From assembly GCA_019828565.1 (NCBI GenBank), contig JAHDYR010000066.1, forward strand, positions 1 through 64,000: DNA of 64,000 nucleotides, read 5' to 3'. The position numbers were made by a program, and so were the translations under genes. Below the pieces are notes generated by a model. The model worked only from the letters and a program-made list of their open reading frames with translations, did no database searches and was not told the origin of the DNA. Shown here one piece after another: positions 45,178 through 53,586 of the stretch. The stretch's first letter is position 1, and each line of letters starts with the position of its first letter. This stretch comes from Carpediemonas membranifera BICM. Taxonomy: Eukaryota > Protista > Fornicata.

Positions 45178-45490
45178 GATCTCACGCGAATGTATAGATA
45201 AATCTAGGGCACGTTGGGGCGTCTTCTGGGGACAAGTCTGAGGGTCGAGGAATGAACTCGTCAATTCGTGAAAAAGGAAAAGTTGTTGTCCAGCAGACTC
45301 TCCTAAAAACCACCCCTCAGCCCGCTCCCCCCGTTCTAAGCGCACATACCCCCCCGCCTTGGTTGCCGGTGCGTGGACGCGCGTTTTGCTTGAATAAAAT
45401 GGGCTGAGTGAAAAAAAAAACTAGCTCGAGAAGGTTGACGATTTCCCGTACGTTCGCCGCGCCTTTCGCGGTCTGGATGCTGTTACATAG

Positions 45491-45805
45491 ATGAAGAACC
45501 TCGCTGCTTACATGCTCTGCGTCCTCGGTGGCAACACCGCTCCCTCCGCTCAGGACATGACTTCCGTCCTTTCCTCCGTCGGTGTTGACGCTGACTCCGC
45601 CCAGTGCGACCTCATCATGTCCGAGCTCGCTGGCAAGAACCTCGAAGAGGTCATCGCCGCTGGCGCTGAGAAGCTCGCCACCGTCCCCACTGGTGGTGCC
45701 GCTCCCGCTGCCGCTGGTGCCGCCGCCGCCACTGAGGAGGCTGCCGAGGAGCCTGCTGAGGAGTCCGAGTCTGACTCCGACATGGGCTTCGACCTTTTCG
45801 GCTAA
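45491..45805 (+). CDS. RPLP2: 60S acidic ribosomal protein P2
   Basis: [20 protein letters not shown]...LSSVG, Ala-rich hinge, [13 protein letters not shown]-terminus. Possible 5'UTR intron at 45448-45490. Confidence 0.97.
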   Translation: MKNLAAYMLCVLGGNTAPSAQDMTSVLSSVGVDADSAQCDLIMSELAGKNLEEVIAAGAEKLATVPTGGAAPAAAGAAAATEEAAEEPAEESESDSDMGFDLFG

Positions 45806-46017
45806 TTGGGTCAGCCAGCCGGTTTCTCCAAAAGGACAGGTTAAAAGACTTCATGGTCTTCGGTGAACGTTGTGTTCTGTTGCGTTCCTTGTTCTCGCGG
45901 TAATGAAACGGTGCTCCAACTATGCCGACATTCGTACCACAGCCTCGACCCTCCAGCCCCACTAACCCCGCCTCGTCACCACTATGCATAAGCGCGCTAT
46001 TTAATAAAAACAACCTC

Positions 46018-47853
46018 TCAGGACTCCATCAAGTCCGCCAGCCCGCCTCCGTGCATCTCCAGCATCATCATCTTGCGGGCATTGGGGATGTCGGCCTGCC
46101 GGAACCACAGCGGGTGTCCAAGGACGACACACCGGATGAAGAGCGACGCGAACACGCCGCAGTCCACGCCGTTGTGCTGGGCGGGGTACTCGGCGAGCAC
46201 TGCCAGCTTGTCCGAGCGGGGTAGTGTGGACCACAGCCCGAGAAGCGTCTCCGTAAACTCGTCGGCCTCGCCGCCGGACTCGCTCTCGAGGTCAGAGTCG
46301 ATGTCCGTGATCTCGGGCGTGTGGACGTTTTCGTCGTCGCTGGTGTCCGGGGCGATCGACAGCGCCAGGCCGGGCCGCAGGAAGGCGGGGTGCACCTTGC
46401 CGCCCATCGGACGGAAGTGCGGCTCCGAGGAGGCGTCGGACTCGTCCTCATCCTCATCGTCCGAGTCGATCTCCTGGGCGTTCTCGTCGTCCTCACCGAA
46501 CCCATCCTCATCGCCGTCCACGGCCACGAGCTGCTCGTTCTCTTCATCCACCTCGTCATCATCGTCATACGAACCATATGCCGCATACGACGGGCCCAGC
46601 ATCGGCATGCGCGGGTAGAGGCTGCCGTACCCAGACACCGCGGGCACCGGGGCGGGGGCTGACACAGGTTCCTGGTAGGGCTCTGACTCCACGCCTGGGT
46701 CAGAGTCAAGGTCGATGCAGTCGCTAGAGTCGATGTCGATGGACTGAGCTGCGGGGGCGGGGGCGGGCTCGGGCTCCGCGGCGTCCACAGCGGCCAGACG
46801 GTCCAGCTCATACAGCCGGACGGCGTCGGTCAGGGGGTAGACGCGGCCGCCGTTGATGGCAACCCACTCATCGCCGCTGAAGAGGCTCGTCGGGTCGGGA
46901 TGCCCAAGGCGATGGGCCTCGGCCAGCATGAAGCGGATAGTGTTCCTGATGACGCTGTCCTGGCGGCCAGAGAACGAGTCGTAGTAGATGACGGCCTTGA
47001 GGTCGAAGAGGACGGCGGCACCCGTCCAGTGCGTGTTGTGGTGGTTCACGGGGAAGGCGAACGTGTCCAGCTCGTACGGTACGATGCCCGCACGGCCTGT
47101 CCAGCGGCGGACAGCGTCGTAGTCGAAGCCTCTGGGGGGGTCGAGCCTTGTGTAGAAGAACGACGTCATGACATGAACCTTACGGCCCGTGCGGCCGGCA
47201 CACTCAGTCACGAACAGCGAGTAGGTGTTGATGACCTCGTCGGTGAGCCAGTCCCGGCTGATCAGGGGGTCGAACTCGCTCCTCCGCACGGCCCGGCCGC
47301 TGGGGGTGATCACGGTGTCGTCCAGACCATACGTGTTGACAACGTCGGTGTAACGGTCGGCCGCGTGCTCGACATACTCGATCGCATTGGCCCGGAAGAT
47401 CGTCATGAGGCGCCGCACGGCGTCCTTGCCGCGGAGGAGGGTCTGCGAGTACTTGGCCATCAGAGGGTCGTCCTCGGGGAGTAGCCAAGGCGTCGCAGGA
47501 GGCATTGAGCCGGGTGTGGCATACGATCTAGGGGCTCGGCGCTTGGCTGAGGTCGGCTCGGCGTCGGGAGCTGCTGAGCGCGGGACAGGACGCTCGAACG
47601 TGGTCTTTGGTGGATTTGCGGCAGCCATCGGTGGATATTGAGACTGTGGGACGAATTGGGGCATCATAAAGGCCTGGGGAGAGAGCTGATAGGGCACGAA
47701 AACCTGGGGATACTGGGGTTGCGGTGGTGCGCGGCGACGATGCTTCCGGTGATGTTTCTTGATCGCTGAGTGCTTTCTATGCTTATGATGAGGCTTGGAG
47801 CTTGCTGGTAAGATGAATAGGGCAAGCTTCCTCCGAAACCTTCTCAGCACCAT
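46018..47853 (-). CDS. Ulp1/SENP SUMO protease (peptidase C48)
   Basis: WLTDEVINTY, MTSFFY, VRRWT, PVNHHNTHW (His), YYDSF (Asp), QHNGVDCGVF (Cys). Confidence 0.93.
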   Translation of the reverse strand: MVLRRFRRKLALFILPASSKPHHKHRKHSAIKKHHRKHRRRAPPQPQYPQVFVPYQLSPQAFMMPQFVPQSQYPPMAAANPPKTTFERPVPRSAAPDAEPTSAKRRAPRSYATPGSMPPATPWLLPEDDPLMAKYSQTLLRGKDAVRRLMTIFRANAIEYVEHAADRYTDVVNTYGLDDTVITPSGRAVRRSEFDPLISRDWLTDEVINTYSLFVTECAGRTGRKVHVMTSFFYTRLDPPRGFDYDAVRRWTGRAGIVPYELDTFAFPVNHHNTHWTGAAVLFDLKAVIYYDSFSGRQDSVIRNTIRFMLAEAHRLGHPDPTSLFSGDEWVAINGGRVYPLTDAVRLYELDRLAAVDAAEPEPAPAPAAQSIDIDSSDCIDLDSDPGVESEPYQEPVSAPAPVPAVSGYGSLYPRMPMLGPSYAAYGSYDDDDEVDEENEQLVAVDGDEDGFGEDDENAQEIDSDDEDEDESDASSEPHFRPMGGKVHPAFLRPGLALSIAPDTSDDENVHTPEITDIDSDLESESGGEADEFTETLLGLWSTLPRSDKLAVLAEYPAQHNGVDCGVFASLFIRCVVLGHPLWFRQADIPNARKMMMLEMHGGGLADLMES

Positions 47854-48157
47854 CGTTGCGCAGAATAGCAAATGACTCGACGATCCAGCCGCATCGTTCA
47901 GCCTCGAGTCAGTGGCATTCGTGCACGGCATGCCCGATCGGTCAGGTGTTTAAGAAGGGTGATGGAATTCAAAAAGCTCGTCGTATGAAGGGTCAGGTGT
48001 TTGACACTGACCAGCAGGGATTGCATGGCCCACCGTTTATCAGAAAGTAAAGAAGTGACAGGCGTCTATGGACTAATGTGCACACAGTACCATCTCACGG
48101 CTCAAGACATCCTGCCGGTGGCCGATCGCAGTTCCACAGTCGCGCGAGTCATGCCAC

Positions 48158-49238
48158 TCACATGCTTGCGATGTTCATGATCATCGTCACCGCCCGCCGC
48201 ACCGACGTCAGGGCGAGGTCGTCGCTCTCCTCCTCAAGGTGGCGAACGGGGTCCAGCCGCCCAACAGTGCGCCTCAGCTGGCGGAGCTTGGCCTCCTTGC
48301 GGGCCTTCACCTTGTCCGCCCGCTCGTCCGCGTCGTCCGTGTCCTTGAGCTCTGGTCCGGCGTCCATGTCGACGTCAGCCTCCTCCTCCTTCGTCTCCTC
48401 GCCCTTGGCCTTCTTCTCGGCCTTCTCCTTGACGTATTCCTCGGCGTCCTTCTTCTCTTTCGTCAGATGCGCTGTGTACACGCCTGCGAGGTTGATGAGG
48501 CTCTTGAGCTTGGCCGTGGTGTCCTTCCCGTCTTCCCTGGTGTTCCCCAGTGAGAGCACGCTGTCCCACGACTCGGCGTTCAGGTTGAGCAGCATCTGCC
48601 GCTCCAGCTCGTTCTTCTTGAACTCCACCGGGAGGGAGTAGTACTGTCTGTTGAGCCCGTGCACGACGGCCTGGATGGACGGCTTCGTCAGGAAGCCGCG
48701 GTTGGACGTCGTCTGCCGGTAGTCGGCGCCAGTCATCATGACCATGTGGGGGATCAGGCGGAAGGCGTCGATGACCACCTTGCCGCGGACAGACTGGATC
48801 GGGTCGACGACGACGGCGACGGCGCGGGGGTGAAGCTGCTCGAACATCTGCTGCGTCTGCTGGTCCACTCCAGAGAGCCAGCAGCCGAAGCCGGGGTGGG
48901 AGTGATACCAGCCGACGACAGACTCCTTGCGGCCCACCTGCTTGAGCGCCTCGAGCATCTTGGTCTGGAATACCTCGTCGACGGCCTCCACGGAGACGCC
49001 AGTGCCCGTCTGTGGCATAGCAAAGACGTCCACAACGTGGATTGTGTAGTCATCAACGAATTCTCCAAGCATGAGGCCCATAACCTCGATGGGGACGCCG
49101 GCACGGCCGTGTTTGAGCATTTTCAAGAGTGCGAGAGAAGAGATGACCATAGTCTCACCGCTATCAGGCGGAGGTTCTGTATAAAGGCTTAGGAATGTAC
49201 GCACGATTACTGTTCTGAGCTCCGAAGGCTCCAAACAT
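48158..49238 (-). CDS. RPN11: 26S proteasome deubiquitinase Rpn11 (intron 49204-49177)
   Basis: [28 protein letters not shown] motif [18 protein letters not shown] 28-nt intron restores ATG at 49238. Confidence 0.97.
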
Positions 49239-49508
49239 TGTTTCGTTCTTCGAGATGGAATGACAAGCGATCAATCGATGACCCCGCAGGTCGGGCCCAT
49301 GTGCGAGAGGGGGCTGCCCACGGCTCCCTGGGCCGGGGTGGCGCTGGGGCTGCACTGTTGTCTGGCGACACGAGCACCCCGGGTGTGGTGGACGGGTGCG
49401 AGTGGGAATGAGCTCTGACGCATTTATCCGTCTACTGCCTACTACGAGTGCCACAGTCGTCTCTGGTCAGACTCGTTGCCCCACACGCACTCTTGGTCTT
49501 CCCGCCCC

Positions 49509-50105
49509 TCATCCGTCGACCAGCTTCCGCTCCTCTTCTGTCCCGTGCCGCGTCCTGCCGTCCCTCCTGGTCGAGTAGGACACGGTGAGCCGACGGCCCC
49601 CCAGGTTCTGGTTGTTCATGCCCTCGATGGCCGCATCAGCTGACTTGAACGACTCGAACACGACGAACCCGAAGCCCCTCGTCCGCATCGAGTCGTCCCG
49701 CATGATACGGGGCTTGCCCAGAAGCTTGCCGAACATAGAGAAGGAGTCCTGCAGCATCTTCTCGTCCACAGTGGCATCCAGGTTGCCCACGAACAGGTTA
49801 GCGCCAAGTATGGTGGATGCGGATGAGTTGTCGCGGTCAGCTGGGTTCAGCTTCAATGGTTGGCCAAAAAGCTTGATGCCGTTCATGATATCCATCGCGT
49901 ACTCTGCATCGGCTTCATTACGGAATTCAACAAAGCCAAAGTCTCTGGGCTTGCCAGTGACCTTGTCCGGTAGAGGAATGTTCACCGAGACGACGGGAGC
50001 GGCCTGTATGAAGAGCTCGCATAAAAGCTCCTCGGTAACTTTCGGATCGAGACCAGATACATGAATAGTTGCAGCTTGATTGCGTCTCGTCACCTGGATT
50101 GGCAT
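49509..50105 (-). CDS. SF3B4: Splicing factor SF3B4 / Hsh49 (two RRMs)
   Basis: RNQAATIHVSGLD.KVTEELL.ELF.QA.PVV, DAEYAMDIMNGIKLFG, GANLFVGNLD..VDEK.L, RHGTEEERKL. Confidence 0.95.
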   Translation of the reverse strand: MPIQVTRRNQAATIHVSGLDPKVTEELLCELFIQAAPVVSVNIPLPDKVTGKPRDFGFVEFRNEADAEYAMDIMNGIKLFGQPLKLNPADRDNSSASTILGANLFVGNLDATVDEKMLQDSFSMFGKLLGKPRIMRDDSMRTRGFGFVVFESFKSADAAIEGMNNQNLGGRRLTVSYSTRRDGRTRHGTEEERKLVDG

Positions 50106-50352
50106 TTCGGCGCGAAAAACGAATCGTCGTGCCTTATCCTGCCCGGTCAGATTCAGGGCACGGCGTGTCAGCTCAACGATGCTGCATGGTCATTGTTGTT
50201 GCCGCTGGACCGAATGCTTCCGCCGGCCAAGGGTTGCCTCTTCTTCAGAGCCGGCATAAAACTGCAAGCCAGGCAGCCTAACCAGCAGGCAGAAAAGCTA
50301 AAGTTTATCTGAGAAAGTTGGGAAGTAGTAAGTATATGCTGCATATGTAAAT

Positions 50353-51363
50353 CTATGTCTCATCGATGAACCATTCGTCGATGACTGCCCCCAGCAGGCC
50401 CTGCTGCCCCGACCGCGTGGTCTCGTAAATCACCCGGTACCGCTCGGCCCCCCCGGTCACCACATCCCGCCCGAACACGTGGAGCACGAGGCTCTCCACC
50501 ATGCCCGCCACATGCCCGACGGGCCCCGGGTCCGGGGTGCAGGTTGCCCTGCTCGCCCCCGACCCAGGCCGCGACTGCTCGAGCATGAGGTAGGTCAGGC
50601 GGTGGAGCTCGACCACGGGTGACGTCGAGGGCTCCACGATGGCGTGTGCGGGTGCGATGAGGACGCCAACTCTGTGGAGGATGGCGGCGTGGTACCGGAG
50701 GGCAATGAGACGCGTGCTCTGGTCGAGGGACAGCATGCGGGCGGGTGGGGCGGCAGGGGTGGGGAACACTGATGATAGGGCCCGCGTGACGGTGGAGATT
50801 ATCGAGAATGCGGCCATCATTCGCCCCTCGCTGTACCCGGCCTGCGTGTAGAGGTCGTTCGAGTCGGCGTCGTCCCCTGGCGTACACTCCACCGCCTCGG
50901 CCCACTGGTCGATGTGAAGTGCTGTCAGGCACCTCTCGACGAACTTTCGGCGGAGGAATTGCCCCGACTTCAGTAAAAGGTGCACCTGGGCGGTCGAGAT
51001 CACCGGATGCTCCTTGTCAGCCGGCTCCTCGTTGCTGGGCGGGTCTGTACCCAGCTCCTCGCCCCAGTTGGCCATCAGCTCGGTCTTCTCTCGCAGCAGG
51101 AATATTGCCCTGATCAGTCGGCTGTTCTGCTCTTTGATCACCGCCGTCCGTTTCCTGCATGCATCAATCGTTAGAGTATGCCGGGTTACTTTCGCTGCAT
51201 ACGGGCCTGCGACGTTGAGCAACCGGCTCTCGAGTTCTTTCTTCGTCTCGATTGTTCGCTCAGTCTCGGTGGAACGCCGCATCTTCAGGCTCGAGAGTTT
51301 AGTATGGACGCAGTTTGAGCACACCGTGCGGTCAGATACGGTGTGGCACCTGTGGCAAAGCAT
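50353..51363 (-). CDS. Atg14/UVRAG(Vps38)-like protein (tentative)
   Basis: N-terminal CxxC-x8-CxxC (CHRC...CSNC) followed by a coiled coil; ends in an EW motif. Confidence 0.45.
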   Translation of the reverse strand: MLCHRCHTVSDRTVCSNCVHTKLSSLKMRRSTETERTIETKKELESRLLNVAGPYAAKVTRHTLTIDACRKRTAVIKEQNSRLIRAIFLLREKTELMANWGEELGTDPPSNEEPADKEHPVISTAQVHLLLKSGQFLRRKFVERCLTALHIDQWAEAVECTPGDDADSNDLYTQAGYSEGRMMAAFSIISTVTRALSSVFPTPAAPPARMLSLDQSTRLIALRYHAAILHRVGVLIAPAHAIVEPSTSPVVELHRLTYLMLEQSRPGSGASRATCTPDPGPVGHVAGMVESLVLHVFGRDVVTGGAERYRVIYETTRSGQQGLLGAVIDEWFIDET

Positions 51364-51645
51364 GAAAACAGTGTTGTTGTGTCTTGAAGCATTTATGTGT
51401 TACGCTGCTGCATGTATACATCAACGGACGGATGCATACACGAACGCGTGTACGCTGCGTTGATGATTCTGATGCCCATCAAGGGGTATGGCGAGGGTAG
51501 CCTCTGCCAGACTGATCTCGATCCACGTACTTCGACCCTATGAGATCCAGGACTCTCATTATCGGGTCTGGCGAATACAGATTCCTCTACTTTGCGGGTG
51601 CTCCCACCCTTCACGCCGTCGCTCTGTTCTTTATTCCGCGTCCAT

Positions 51646-52322
51646 CTAAAGGTTGGCCTCGTCATCATCATCATCCTCCTCATCCTCAAGCATACGCTCC
51701 TCGCCCTCGGCCAGCTGCCCTTCCTTGTCTTCCTCCTCCTCTTCGTGCAGCAGGTAGCTCTCCTTATTGACGCTGAGGGCCCCGCTGTCGTCCACTGAGT
51801 AGTGGTAGACACCGAACCGGTCCAGCTGGAGGTCGAGCACCGCAAACGACGGCCGGGCTGCGGTGTATGGTGGCATTGCAATCCCTGTGGCGCTTCCGGG
51901 GCAGATGATGAATCGGCCATCGATCTGGTGGATGGCGAACTCGGGCATGCCGCCGACGACAAGGATGTCCACGTCCCACCGGCGGGTCAGCGCCGCCAGG
52001 GCGTCTATGTTGCCGCGGGGGATCACGCGGTGGCCGTGGGTGATGCCGACCCGGATCCCGCCAAGGTTCTCGACGAGCTTGCTCGGGAATTCAAGATCGT
52101 CGAATTCGCCGGCGACACCAAGAAGGTTATTGGATGCAAGGTCACGGAGCATGTCATGCGTCGCCAGATTGGTGAGATTGCCCGTAGAAATTACGTGGTG
52201 AAGCTTTCCAGGAGAGAGAGGCTTCTTGAAGGCCTCAGGCAGCTTAATAGCCTTTGATGGGATATGAAGGTCACCTATACAGAGAACTAGCTGTGTAAAG
52301 AGGTCAAAAGTATGCATACCAT
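51646..52322 (-). CDS. VPS29: Retromer/Retriever subunit Vps29 (ATG-only first exon, intron 52319-52291)
   Basis: Spliced start M-LVLCIGDLHIP; TGNL, HGHRVIP.G, VDILV.G, PGSATG, PSFAVLD. Confidence 0.95.
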
Positions 52323-52508
52323 CCAGTATCAGTTGCTGGGCCCGTTGCTAGGACGATCGTTGTGTGATGACTCCGAGGCGACTCCAGCAACGCCGCCCTC
52401 GGTCAGCACACTGCCGAGTGTGTCGGCAACTGCACTGGATGCCGATTGAGAGTCGCATGCCGCGCTTGTTCTGACGATCGTTTGACTCTAGCGACTCCCG
52501 GACGATAG

Positions 52509-53423
52509 ATGGAGCTCAGCCCATTAGCGCGGCTCATAGCTGCCCCCACTGCTGAACGTGAGGCTGAATTGACGCTATACGTACAAAAATGTGCTTTAGA
52601 GTCACATTCGATGGTTCTGTCGGACGGAAAGTTCAGCATATCCGCGATCTTCATGAACGAGGCCTGGATGGATCTCATGAACAATGTGAACCTGGCAGGG
52701 AGTACAATCAGCGAGACTATGCACCATAAGGCCCTTCAAGTCTTCCCGTATCGCCTCGGTGTGATGACAAGCGAGTTCATCCTCATCGTCTACGGCGTCA
52801 GAGAGGCTCCAGACCACGAGAACGCCCCGCTGCCGTCGAAAATCGATGCCTCTATTCCCCTGTCGGATGGTGCGAACGAAGACGGCCCCCTCCGCGACGC
52901 TCTGCTGCAGCTGTCAGCGTTGCTCTCCACCCTCCCCGCGCCGCTCGCCCTTGGTCGGCCACAAAAGCATTTCAGGACCGAGGAGTCCACGCCGCTGTCT
53001 GTATCAGTGCGCCGGTCCGGTCGTCTCGCCCCACTGAGCGGGCAGAGAGCAGACGAGAGCGAGGCAGAGGCTTCTGACACTGCTCTGCAAGAGGTGATGT
53101 CCCCATCGCCCGCCAGCAGGCGGCGGGGAGTGGGCAAGCGGAAACAGAGAGGGACTCGCAGGGCCCTGGCCGAGCTGCAGGACGGGGATGACGACAGCGA
53201 CGCGCCCATCCTGGAGGAGCCTTCGCCGAAGCGGGCACGGGTGACTAATCTACGAGCTGTGGAGACGGCTGGGGAGTCCGACAGTGACACAGCGGAGGAG
53301 GAAGACGTTGTGGGTGGGGGAGACGGAACGCAGGATGAGGGCATGTTCGACTTCCCGGGCAATGCTAGGCAGTCTCCGAAGCGGAAGAAGCCACCCACCC
53401 GAAAGCGACTGCCGATGAGATGA
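52509..53423 (+). CDS. N-terminal OB-fold protein (TPP1/Est3-like) with disordered basic/acidic tail
   Basis: MVLSDGKFSISAIF..EA and SEFILIV resemble the TPP1 OB-fold strands; NLS-like tail. Confidence 0.5.
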   Translation: MELSPLARLIAAPTAEREAELTLYVQKCALESHSMVLSDGKFSISAIFMNEAWMDLMNNVNLAGSTISETMHHKALQVFPYRLGVMTSEFILIVYGVREAPDHENAPLPSKIDASIPLSDGANEDGPLRDALLQLSALLSTLPAPLALGRPQKHFRTEESTPLSVSVRRSGRLAPLSGQRADESEAEASDTALQEVMSPSPASRRRGVGKRKQRGTRRALAELQDGDDDSDAPILEEPSPKRARVTNLRAVETAGESDSDTAEEEDVVGGGDGTQDEGMFDFPGNARQSPKRKKPPTRKRLPMR

Positions 53424-53586
53424 TTGAATGCGCCCGTTATTCGACTGACCATAGCGATGTATAAAGCGATGCTGCTTACTGGAGATGTTGCAGCCATATA
53501 CCGTGGCCGTATGGTGCGGCGTGGCCTCTCAGGCGGTGCAGTTTTGACCTAGCCATCTGTGCTACGCGCAACACCTTCTTCAGGAA

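Noticed and set aside
51455-51520. Possible C/D-box snoRNA (TGATGA ... CTGA)
   Set aside because: No clear terminal stem or identifiable rRNA guide; the short motifs alone are insufficient.
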